Below, one piece after another: positions 1 through 12,192 of a stretch of 64,000 nt of DNA. The notes beneath the pieces were generated by a model, which did not search any database, had not been told where the DNA came from, and was given only the letters and a program-made list of their open reading frames with translations. Source of the stretch: Marsupella aquatica. Its lineage: Eukaryota; Plantae; Marchantiophyta. The translations under genes and the position numbers were made by a program. Where the stretch lies: contig OZ316898.1 in the NCBI GenBank assembly GCA_973895155.1, positions 21,029,292 through 21,093,291 on the forward strand. The letters run 5' to 3'. Each line of letters starts with the position of its first letter. The stretch's first letter is position 1.

Positions 1-3000
1 AAGAAACCCATAGTTGTATTCTCCACCCCAAGCATGCATGCTACCTAAAGACCAGGCCAGCGCAATCAAGGTCGGGTTGGCAAAGGCCGGTCCCGGACCT
101 AAGACTACGATTACAGAGGACACCCCGTTACCCTCCACGGCTGTCGAGGAGAACCGCCCATCCCGTGCAAACCCAACCCCCTCTACCAACATATTTCAAG
201 GGCTGGACGTCACCACTCTGACTCCCGCATGAGCTGAGGTCTGTCCTTGCCCAAACTTGGATGGGCATAGTCTGGAGTACTCGGAACTCTTTGCACCGGG
301 CATGTATTTGAATGGGTTGTTGGGAGACTTCTCCCAACAAATTGCGTAGGATACCGGGGAGTACATGGCACGAAAGGTGGCCTGTTTCTTCAACCAGGAA
401 TTGGTTGCAACCGTGCAAGCAGGGCATGCGCAGGCTGAGGCCGTGTCCCAAATCACATTCGGCCCCCCTACTCAATGAAAACTCGTCGTAGGTGCGGTTT
501 TACGGAATGTGCTCGAGGGGCCATAGGTTTCGGGAAAATGCAACCTACAGGCTGTACGCGGTTAGTACCCGGCCGGGGACCTCAAACACCAAACTACAGG
601 GCCCAAACTCTATCGCTCTGATTCCGGCTTACAAACTATTAAAAAAAGACTACATGAATTACCTATATCTGACAAAATTGCTACTCACGTTTCAAACGGA
701 AGGAGCTTGTTTTTTTGCATATTAGTAATACCGTGCTTTTCTTGCATGATTGTTTATTGAATGTTTTTGGTGTTGCTCTATCATTCTCATTTTAGAAAAC
801 CTGAGATAACCATGCAGCCGTAAGCCGCAGGCCACCTGCATAGGGCATAGAACGAGAGAAAGGGTTTTTTGGTTAAAACACGTGCTAACCAAAGGCCCGT
901 AGTCTCCCATAAAAGACTTGCTGTTCAAATTGAAGGATTCTAAAGGAAACCATATGACTATAATGTACCCAACTGTTTTATGCGGGCAAAAGAGAACTCT
1001 GGCGAAGATAAAGAACGGACCGAGAAAAAATAAATTTCATGAGATGACGCCGGACTTTTTATGTCAGACAAGGCCCCGCCGGACTTTTTTTTGGACACCA
1101 CAAAACCAAAATACTGTTCGACGAAGGCCGCCCGGTACTGTCAGACAAGGAGGAAAAACTCGCAAAAGTACGCAGAGGATAGAGCAGTATTGGCTTGAGT
1201 CTGCCCACTTGAAAGGCAAAGTGTCAGCAACTGCTTTGACCTCAGGTAGCGGCCACTAAAGATCAGGTGGCCAAAGCTAGGGCCCGGGCAGCCTTAGCAA
1301 AGCAAGCCGGAGCCAAAAAGGATGTTGAGATTGCACGGCTCCAAACCCAGATTGACGGTTTGAAGGGACAAGCCGTCATCTGGCAAAAGGATGTGGAGGA
1401 GGCCAACGCTTGGGCCTAGCGAGACACAACCGAGATAGACGTTCTGAAGGTGGAAGTGGCACGGATTCAAGGAGAAGCCACGAAGCAGGTCCAATTGGTG
1501 GACAAGCTGACGAGCGACGCCCAGCAACTGGAAGAGGCATGCCAGAAATCCGCGGAGGAGATGGATGTGGCAAAGCAAGAGAACAAATCTCTGCTAGACC
1601 AGGTTCAGCTGCTCAAGCAAGACGCCAAGCAGAGATTAGAATCTTAGATAGCATAGATTTGAGCACGTGGTTGTTCCGGACCCCGGCTCTTAGCATTTAG
1701 TGCACCCCCTGGTAGAGGCAAGGGGGGATTCTAGTTTTAGAATTGGGTATCCGCAGGATGTGCGGGGAGTCCCGACCTTTGTGAGTGAAAAAACACCAAG
1801 GAGGGAGGGTATGACTAAGCTTGCTGGGCGAGTGCGGAGCCGGGATCCATTGTAGTGTACGCCTCTCTGCCATTGGGCCTGTTTACTCAAGAGAGTCAAT
1901 CGTGTATGTGTGTGTAATACAGTACATTAGTTAGAAATGATAGAAAAATTATAAATTTTGAACTTTTTCTAACTCAAAAGTGCAATATAGTTACCTTTTG
2001 TAGCAATTTAGATCAACTAGACACTTTACCTAATGCTATGCTTCATTGGAGGCTATTGTTGTATTGGACAAGGATCGACAATATAAATCCTTGCTCTTTG
2101 CATGCTACCAAGAAGGAATATTGGACATCATTTGAGAAGTAATGCAGACTAGAAGATTCAAGAACCGGACTCCAAAACACTTCTTCAGCAATAATGAACT
2201 CTATATGCCTTTATGAAGATCAGTCGATCTCTGCAATTTTAGTTAAATAGTTAAAGTAGTTAGAAAAGTCTCATACTTTTCCAGGAGGTAGCCCTTACGT
2301 AGTAGAATCTACCCTGAAAGTCTAAACTCAAACCGACATGTGGTTTGAAAGTTAAAAATGTTTTTGTTTTGTTGTTTTCCAGCTTAGGCGCGAAAGCGTT
2401 TATGCGCTTATGCGCCTATGAGCTTATGCGCGAATACGCCCAACACTTGGAAATTTTTCCAGTTTTTGTTTTCTGCAACATTTTTTAACACTTTTGCCTA
2501 TTTTATTGAGTCCCTTAGGCACCTCAGAAAAGTCTCATATTTTGCTAGCATGAAGAATATACATCAGAAAACACTTTAGCAAAGTCTCACCTTTTTCTGA
2601 ATTATCTGAGAAATTAAAATTAGGATATAACCCCTATTTATTAGTTTTGCCACAATTCCACTTACAATAGTTAACCCCTGGAACATCTTTTAGTTAGTTT
2701 TTTATTCCAGGGACATTCCACTGAACCTTAGGTACTTCTATAATACAATTTTGTTACTTTACTTTTGCCCATGACCCTTAAGATATAAAAGGGCATGTCC
2801 TTTCATTATCTCTTTTCCCTTTGATTCCTGTTAGCCTATAGATAGTAGATCACATGTCATTCTTTGTGTGAAAAAATTTCATGAGCGTTGACTTGCAAGA
2901 TTGCAACTTTGTTACCTCCACCTTGTAAAGAGAACTCCATTGCATATGAGTACTTAATAAAATGATTTTTTCCCCCCTTCAAGTCTAAATGGATGAGAAG

Positions 3001-3900
3001 TTTGGACCCTTGAAGTAAAATCATTGTGAATGTTAAATCATTGGTATATGTGGAAATAGATTCCTTGTTGGTGATGTTTCACATATTCCTTAGTTCTTGA
3101 TGCATAGTTATTGGCATTGCCTTGCTTGAGCACGAGATGCTAAGAAGGATTAATTTCCAATGACTTATGACTTCAAATTTGATGATGATGGTGTCTCTTA
3201 TTCGTGACACAAAGTACCGATTGGATACAGAATTGATTGATTACTAGTCTCCACTAAGTACCTTGGAAGGAAAAGTTGAGACATGTTGATGGCATTTTAG
3301 TGATCATCCTAGTAAAGTAATCATTTCCAGAAATGTTTCTTACGGATATACCATGACCTAAATCATATCAAATGAAGTTATGTTGAGGAGTCACCTTGGT
3401 TGTTTCCTATCTCCCTCACCATACCTCAAGATTTTCATTGTGTTTTGTTAATTGATTCCATTTTGTTATTTTATTTACAATGTTAAGCAAACTTTCAAAA
3501 CTATGCCTTGTTGAGCAACCATAGTAAAAGGCTCAAATCTGTATTTTTGTTATTCAATTAGATTCAAAGATGTGCACAATAGTTCACTGAGAACACTTAA
3601 TCCGAACAACAGGCCAGAAGGCTGTCTACTCTAGATTGCGATGTGCCATGCAAGCTCAATCCTGAACCTGAGCCCGGCTCAGTCTAGATTGCAACGGCAA
3701 ATTGGACTTGAACCAATCCCGTACTTGCCTTGCAAACTCAATCCTGAACTCAACCGCCTTCACTGCACTTCATTCTTGGGGGCACATACAGATCTCACAC
3801 CTCCATTTCAGAATGGCAAGTTACGCATGCACAGTTGAATCGACTTCAAAGCTGGTACCAAGCCTAACGACGATCTACCCCAGACTGCAATGAGGCTCGG

Positions 3901-6900
3901 TGTGATGCCTAGCCAGGAATCACTAGGCCATATTAGGAGTAAAATAGGAGGGTATACAATAAACCATTAGTATAAGGGCAAAAAAACTGGGAAACCATAA
4001 ACAATTAAGGGCATACATGGAACCAAAGCCGAGGCGCAAGAGGAGTAACGGGTACTAGGTCACGATTAGGGTTAAGGCACGTAACCCTGGCAGCTGCCGG
4101 TAATCGGTACCAAGACATACAGTGCAGGCCGGAAGGAAGGGGGGGTAAGGCAAGGCAACCCAGGAGTGACAGCTCACATTCACACCTTGAGCAAGCAGAA
4201 GCCAATGACTATCAGCTGCAAAGGAGAACATGGGGGGGCATAAGCAGCTACTGAGCAATGCCAGAGAAGGGAATGAGCGATATCAATCAAGCAACACATT
4301 TTTGGGGATGCTTGTTTAAACGGGCAAGTGAGTACGTCGGGACTTACGAGGAGGAAGAATCAGGAAGAGTAGCCTGCGAGCGACAGGAGCTTGCTCGACT
4401 GTGGGAACTATAGAAGACGGCCTTCTTAGGAGGAGAATTCATCAAGGCTGAATTCTTGTGGACACCTACTGGCGACAAGCTTTACAACCTTCTAATTCAA
4501 GACAATAGAATTGTCGGCATTTGGCAAGCCATCAACAATTGCAACGACAAACATCGGGACCTGAAAGGTTGCACGGCGGCGTGGACAAAAGCAATAGTGT
4601 TGGGAGAATCTTCCGGTGCGGCTGAAATGAAGAGGAAGATGGCCAACAATGAAGAAAACACACCACCCAAGAGGACAAGGTTGGCAGTATCAAGGAAGCC
4701 GGCCGAACAGGGGAGGCAAAGAGAGGAGGAAGCCAAGGAACAAGAAGTCGACCCAGTCAATGTCATCCCTACCCGAGATGACACTTGGAAGGGATGGGCG
4801 GCAATAATACCACTGGCTGTGCAACTACATTTTGCACGAGAAGAGGATGCATGCTTTACAACCATGCAGACCAAGAAGTACTAGGGCTTCATGGCCGGAT
4901 CAGGCTTGGAGACCCTTTGTAAGACTGTCATGGCTGAAAAAGGAAGTGCCAAAATTGGACTTACTGGAATTTGTGGGATCATGGGACCACGAGACTAGCT
5001 CCACAAAGATCTATAGAAGGGACTTCTATCTCACCTCCAACGTGATTGCCGAAGTGTTTGGCTTGCCGATGGGCAACAAGGCTAAGGTAGAAGCCCGGAA
5101 GAACTTGCCGGACAAGGAGTTTAGATCGTTCCCCGGGCCGTCAACAAAGAATGGCTTTCTCCGAAGCACCTGCACCAACCCGCATATTGGAGAAATGATT
5201 GATTTCCTACGGGTAACAATGCATTGCAAAGTCTGGCCAAGGCCGGAGATTGGCAAGGCAAAGGTTTACCTGGCAGAGAGGCCAGACCCAAGCCGGGATT
5301 ACAATGGGTACCTCCTCAACCAACTCAAAAAGATATTGAGGGAGGAATAGCAGGTGATTAGCCAAGGGAGCGTGTCCCGGCTTGGTTATCACATGTTGTT
5401 GTTATGCCGGTATGCCCGGAGTCAAATCTTTGCCCCGATCCTTTCCCTACAGGCTAGAGCACCAGAAGAGGAATCAAAACCAAGGCCGGCAGCAAAGCAG
5501 TCCGACCCGCCTGACAGCCCCATGATAGCTCAGGTCTTCCGACAGGTGCCGGCAACCGGGCCGATGCAACAACCGGCCATGCAGAGCCTCCTACACATAC
5601 TGAAGAAAGAGAAGGCGGCTCTAGCACCAGAGGCAGTTAGTAGCAACGGGCACCAGAAGAACCGCTAGAGGAGAACCCATGGTCTGGGCCATAAAAAGAA
5701 GCAAAAAACAAGCCAGGGGTACGGATGTATGTAGGAGCCTCTAGTGAAGAATCAGAGGAACTGGGACCCAGGGTTCCCAGTCCTGAAAAGGAGTGCGGCA
5801 ATCAGGTGCGGGAGTCGGGAGGGCAAGCCGCACGCATGTATAATCCTTGCCAAGAGGCCGGGTTTACAGCTAGTCCTAGAGAGGACAAGCAGGCACCAGG
5901 ACGCCCAGAGGCCAGGGAATACATGGGGGAATACCATGAGGACTTGGGTTACGGGTCGGATCGCTCGGTACCAGGGTGCGGACCTGCGGCCATTTTATCC
6001 CCAAACTACCAAGAGTGGTCGGTGGGGATCCACAACAGGTGGGGAGCCCGGAGTCTCCCCCATCGGACGTACCTCCACCAATTTTTGACGGGAGACAACA
6101 GGCCGATCATAAGTTGCAGCAACAATTCAGTGACCTGGAGGAAGCAACCCTAGCCAAGGAGAAGGATTTGCTAGGCGGTGGATGGCCGGAGGACATTCGG
6201 CGACTTGCAGGGACTCAAGCCGGGCCTTTGCCCACATTTGAGGAGATATGGAGGGTGGCTTGGGAAAGAAGGCCACGTTGGGAGATGCCAACATCTCCTA
6301 ACCACTCCACCTATGCACGTTCCAGAGCCCTGGAGTATGGGAGGATGTGCGGGCTACTCGCCCTCGACATCTTTGGGGTAGAATTGGAGACAGGGCCTTT
6401 CGTTCATAAGGAGATGTTGGAGAAAAGCTGATTGGAGGACGCACTGGCCTTGGAGAGGATGAAGAAGGAGCTAGTCATCCGACGACTAAAAGAGAAGGAA
6501 GCCGAGGCTGGAGAGTTAAAGGTGGCCAAGCAGGCCTAGGACTATCATGCAGGGGCAACTAGCCCAGACTCAAGAAGACTTGACCGAAGCCCTCAAGGAG
6601 AAGGAGAAGTGGAAGCAAGAGGTGAAGAAGGTAGAGGCTTGCAACAGAGCCATAACCGAGGCCCAAAAGAAGGAGCGGGCATTGAAGGATGAGATCAAAG
6701 AATGTTGCAAGGCCCTTCATCAAAAACAAGCCAAACTTGATGAGACCCACTGGGGCATCGACAAGTTGAAGGGAGACCTGGAAGACCTGTCGCCCAACTT
6801 TCAAGCCGAGCTGCGGAAGAAGGATGACATGCTCGATCAAACCTACAACAAAATGAATAAGATCAAGTTTGATGTCGTCCATGAGCTCAACGCAGAGCTA

Positions 6901-8010
6901 AAGGCAACCCAAGAGGAGAGGGCGGCCTTACGGAAGGAGTTGGACGAGAACCTAGCAGAGTTGGAGCAAGCCCGTGGGGATTTAGACAAAACCCTGGTGG
7001 AGTTGGAGGACGCCACCCAAAAGATGGAGAATCTGCAAAGGCGGGCGAACAACCAAACTGAGCGGTTGAGGAAGCAGTCCGAGGAGCTAAATCGGCTGGC
7101 CGCAACAAGTGGACCCCCGATAGCGGCAACAGGGTTGCAGGGCGTGGTACTAACCAAGCAACAAGTCATGGTATCCTCACCCTTGCCGGAAGTAAGTGGC
7201 AAGGGGAAGGCACCAGCTGCTTGGGTGGGGAAGGACAAAAAGCGGAAGCCTTCTGGGTCAGGGAGCCATACCGTTTGTCAGGCCACCGTGGCTGAGGTGG
7301 AGAGCATGGCACCAGCCTTATGCAAGGTTGTGGCCGTCAAGGAAGCAGTCCGGGAGGTAGGCCAAGAAGACCAGTTGGGGGAGGCCATGACAGGCATCGA
7401 CCCAAGGTTGCCAACCATTGATCCGCATCAACCACAACCTTGGGAGGACGAGACAACCCGACTCATAGAACAAGCCTATGAGGAGGACCACTATGGCAAG
7501 GTAGCCGATGCCGGGAAGGAGAGTAGAGGAGCTGCAGGGGTGGGACCCCCACAGACAGAAGCCGGGCAGACAGAAGCCGGGGTGGTGGAAGCCGGACAGG
7601 CAGAAGCCGATGAAGCCTCGGCCAAAGGAGGGCAAGCATTGAGGCCTTAGTTCAACTAAGGAGAGAAAGTAAGTTTAGAAGCAGGGAGAGTTGGATGTGT
7701 TGAGCTAAGAGGGCTCTTAGCGGCTACCCAAGCTGATTGGGCATCATTTTGGGGGCGGAATCCAAACATACCTGAAGGAAGACTAATAGGAGAGATGGAA
7801 GTGAGGCCTAGAAATAAGCCGAGTACATATCTCATGACCCGATGAAGGATCTGTCCAGTATATGTGGTTAAAACGTTAGTACAATAGTGAGAGGAAAGCA
7901 GCGTCCCATGCCGATAAACCTTGGAATCGGCCTTGGCAAGCGAGAAACCGGTGGGAATCGGCTTGCTCAGGGAGGGTTCTTGGGTTTAGAGAGGCATGGG
8001 TCGCGCCACG
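3901..8010 (+). mobile_element. Unclassified TG..CA-type element, copy A (4110 bp, diverged subfamily)
   Basis: Starts TGTGATGCCTAGCCAGGAATCAC as in the other copies and ends GGCATGGGTCGCGCCACG (copy B ends GCCATGGGACGCACCACA). Flanked by CTCGG (3896-3900) and CCCGG (8011-8015), a 5-bp TSD with one mismatch. Collinear with copy B but lacks most of the sequence between the ORF end and the structured 3' block. Confidence 0.85.
4017..7650 (+). pseudogene. Disrupted ORF of copy A (PMD-like core plus coiled coil)
   Basis: ORF pieces 4456-4884, 4832-5350, 5354-5668, 5976-6431 and 6547-7650 align in order to the 1032-aa ORF of copy B (PTRDDTWKGWAA, LLEFVGSW, TCTNPHIGEMIDFLRVTMHC, KKRKPSGS). Broken by stops and frameshifts. 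Confidence 0.85.
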
Positions 8011-8499
8011 CCCGGCCTCACGCTTGCCCTGCAAGCTCAGCTCTGGCCATAAATCCCTTAGTGCTCTCTACCAGACAAAGGCCAGGACTCCCCATGGATC
8101 ATGTAGCCTTGCCAGACTAAACTGTAAATGCTCCTCTTCCTGCCCCTCAATCAATTTCTCAACCTCCCTAATGTGCTCACCGCAAATCAAATTGAAATCC
8201 TCCCCACAATTTACAATCACCAATACATCACCTATCACCAAGGCTTTGTATCAAGGGAAAAGAACCCAGTTGTGTTGCCTACTAGAAAGAGCCACAATCC
8301 AGCCTGCAAACCTAGCCAACTGTTGTTGTGAAACGTGGCTGATTACTCCCTGAGTAATAGCACAACCAAGCTCTCCCTAGCACACAACTTCCAAGCCTAG
8401 CCTTCCTTGCACAGAGCTCCTCCCTGTTGCTCAGTCTACGTGAGATCACACAACTGAAGTCCCCCCCCGCCTCTATATATCACTAGAAGAAAATAGGGC

Positions 8500-9300
8500 C
8501 CTTTATGACCAATCACCCAATGACGGAGATGAATAAATGACCAAAATTTTTAATGACACAAAAAGAATGACAGGGGAATGACTGTCCACAATGACCAATA
8601 GACTGAAATGACAAAATGTTAATTTTTTTGTCATTTTGTATAATGTCTGTAATGACTGATGCGACCAAAATGGCCCAATTTCCCTAAATGGTCAATTTAG
8701 ACACATGTCTTAAATGATGCAATTAATAACAACAATGATAAATCAGTGTTTACCAACATTATAGTCACTCTAGACAATGATTGAAATGACCAAAAATCTA
8801 TTTGGGTCATTTTGGACAACGGTGATAAATGACAAAAAATGTATTACCGTCATTTAAACCAATGGTGTTAAATGACAAAATATATGGTCAATCTGAAAAT
8901 GAGAATATATCAGTGTTTACAACAACATATTGTCATTATGTACTTCTCCCATAAATGACTAACTCTAGGGTCAATCTTGAAATTAGGACATATCAATGTT
9001 TACAAGAACATACCATCATTATGGACTTCTCTCATAAATGACTAACTCCAGAGTCAATCTTGAAATTAGGATATATCGGTGTTTACAACAACATACTGTC
9101 TTTATGGACTTGTCGCATAAATGACTAAATATAGGGTCAATCTAAAAATCACGATATATCAATGTTTACAATGACATACAGTCATTATGGACTTATTGCA
9201 TAAATGACTACTTATATAGTCATTAAAGAACCCAAGAGATATAAAGATTAAAATACTCAATAGTCATTCCAGACACCGGTCATAATTGTAGAGTCATTGA
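8500..9300. repeat. CACTA left subterminal repeat region (AATGAC/GTCATT motifs, ~60-bp subrepeats)
   Basis: Many AATGAC(C/A/T) and GTCAT(T) motifs in both orientations. ~60-bp units ATATC..TGTTTACAA..ACATA..GTCATTATGGACTT..CATAAATGACT repeated at ~8900-9215. Confidence 0.8.
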
Positions 9301-9309
9301 TATAGTTGA

Positions 9310-12192
9310 TAACCCTTCCACTAAGTGCGGGACACAATACTCATCATTGTCCTCCCACTGGTTGTGGCATTAGCAATTTGAACACATGTCTTGCATCTAC
9401 TTTAGGCATGATGCACCTAGCTTTGGGAAAATCTCTCCCAAGTCATACACCTTTGGAGTGATTTTCCAGAAGTGTCACCATATATAGATGCGCGCATACT
9501 ATCGTATCGAAAGGCAAATGAAACCTTTTTGTCTCTCCAAGAAGTAGGGCAATACCAATGGAAGGTTGTCATCCTTTGTTGTAATTGTGTCATGTTTGTG
9601 CTAGTGTTTGGATGGGGAATATTTTAATTGTAAATAAATAGTGATGGGGCATTCAAGGAGCTAGTGTAATCTTTATTGGGTCATTTCTAAAAACATTTGC
9701 ATCACAAATACCAATGACTACAGTAGGGTCATTAAATTTGTCATATGGACTATCATATAAGTCAAGCGACTGGACTTGTGGCCATTTGTGTGGTCCCTCA
9801 TGCAGTCATTAAACACAATCACAAATGACCAGTTTGGGGCTAGGGGCTGGAGGTGGGCCCTAGAGTGCCATGGGGCCCCACATAGAGGTGAGAACCCCTC
9901 CACTGGGTGTGGGACACTATACTCATCATTGTCCAACCACTAGTTGCAGCATTAGCAATTTGAACACATTTCTTTGCATTTACTTAAGGCATGATGCACC
10001 TTTGGGGAAATCACTCCCAAGTCGTATGACTTTGGAGTGATTTGCCAAAAGTGTCACCATGCATGCATACCATCACATCCAAAGGCAAATAAAAGTTGGT
10101 TTTTGGTTCTCCAAAAGGTAGTGCTGCACCAATGGAATGGGCAGGGGAGTTGTGCTTCTCAGTATGGTGTGGGTGCGGGTTTAGGGAAGAGGAATATTCC
10201 AATATTGCAAGGAATCTAAAGCTGGCTCTAGTTGGAGGTACTAGGGCCTTTATTGGGTCATATGTGAGCAATGGCCCGTCATAAATGCCAATGACTAAAA
10301 GTAGGGTCATTAAAACTATCATATGGAGAGTCATATCAGTCTAATGACTGGATTTGTGGTCATTTGAGGGGTCCCTTATGCAGTCATTAAGGAAAAGCAC
10401 AAATAACCAATTTGGGGCTAGGGGCTTGAGGTGGGCCTTAGAGTGCCATGGGGCCCCACATAGAGGTGAGAACCCCTCCACTGGGTGCGGGACACTATAC
10501 TCATCATTGTCCAACCACTAGTTGCGACATAAACACTTTGGACACATGTTTTTGCGTTTACTTGAGGCATGATGCATCTTTGGGGAAATCACTCCCAAGT
10601 CGTACGACTTTGGAGTGATTTGCCAAAAGTGCAACCATGGATGTATACCATCACATCTAAAGGCAAATAAAACCTATTTTTTGGCTCTCCAAGAGGTAGT
10701 GCTGCACCAATGGAATGGGCAGGGGAGCCGTGCTTCTCTGCATGGTGTGGGTGCGGGATTAGGGTATAGGAATATTCCAACCTTGCAAGGAATCTAAAGC
10801 TGGCTCTCTTTGGAGGTACTAGGGCCTTTATTGGGTCATATGTGAGCAATTGCCCGTCATAAATGCCAATTACTACAAGAAAGGTCATTAAAATGGTCAC
10901 ATTGGATGTCATATAAGCGGAATGACCTGAATTATTGTCATTTGAGGGGTCCCTCATGCAGTCATTAAGGAAAAGCACAAATGACCAGTTTGACACTAGG
11001 GGCTGGAGGTGGGCCCTAGAGTGCCATGTGGCCCCACATAGAGGTGAGAACCCCTCCACTGGATGCGGGACACTATACTCATCATTGTCCAACCACTAGT
11101 TGCAGCATTAGCAATTTGAACACATTTCTTTGCATTTACTTAAGGCATGATGCACCTTTGGGGAAATCACTCCCAAGTTGTACGACTTTGGAGTGATTTG
11201 CCAAAAGTGTCAAATGGGCGCATACCATCACATCCAAAGGCAAATAAAAGTTGTTTTTTGGTTCTCCAAGAGGTAGTGTTGCACCAATGGAATGGGCAAG
11301 GGAGCCGTGCTTCCTTGTATGGTGTGGGTGCGGGTTTAGAGAAGAGGAATATTCAAAACTTCCAAGGAATCTAAAGCGGGCTCTCTTTGGAGGTACTATG
11401 GCCCCCATTGGGTCATTTTTGCGCAAAGTTGTGTCATAAGTGCCAATGACTACAAATAGGGTCATTGAAATTGTCATATAGGATGTCATATAAGTCAAAT
11501 GACTGGATTTGTTGTCATTTGAAGGGTCCCTAGTGCAGTCATTGAAGACAAGCCTGAATGACCAATTTGGGGCTAAGGGCTGGAGGTCGACGCTAGAGTG
11601 CCATGTAGGCCACATAGAGCTCGCAACCCCTCCACTACGTGCCAAATACTATATTTACGATTCTCCAACCACTAGTTGCATCATTAGCACTTTGGTCTCA
11701 TTTTTGTGTTTACTTAAGGGATGATACAATCTTGGGGAAATCACTCCCAAGTCATACGACTTTGGAGTGATTTGCCAAAAGTGTCACCATTGATGCATAC
11801 CATCCTATCCAAAGGGAAATGAAGCCATTTTTTGTCTCTACAAGAAGTAGCACAACACCAATGGAAGACTATCATCCTTCCATGTAATTGTGTCATGTTT
11901 GTGCCTTTGTTTGGATGGGGAATATTCTATTTTGCAAATGAATAGTGATGGGGCAATGAAGGATGTAGTGTAATCTTTATTGGGTCATTTTTAGACAAAT
12001 TTGTGTCATAATGCCAATGACTACAAGTAGAGTCATTAAAACTGTCATATGGTATGTCATATAAGTCAAGTGACTAGACTTGTGGTCATTTGTGTGGTCC
12101 CCCATGCAGTCATTAAACAGAAGCACAAATGACCAGTTTGGGGCTAGGGGCTGAAGGTGGGCCCTAGAGTGCCATGTGGCCCCACATAGAGG
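9310..12192. repeat. Tandem array of ~578-bp units (5 copies) inside the CACTA element
   Basis: Anchor ACCCCTCCACTGGGTGCGGGACACTATACTCATCATTGTCC recurs at ~9312, 9894, 10472, 11050 and 11627. Cut at ~12192 by the copia element. Confidence 0.92.

Noticed and set aside
1911-3570. AT-rich block as a solo LTR
   Set aside because: LTR-like composition, but no TG..CA ends with a matching TSD could be defined.
9310-12192. CRISPR-like reading of the palindromic repeats
   Set aside because: Sequences between palindromes are homologous to each other rather than unique spacers, spacing is ~578 bp, and there are no cas genes in this eukaryotic context.
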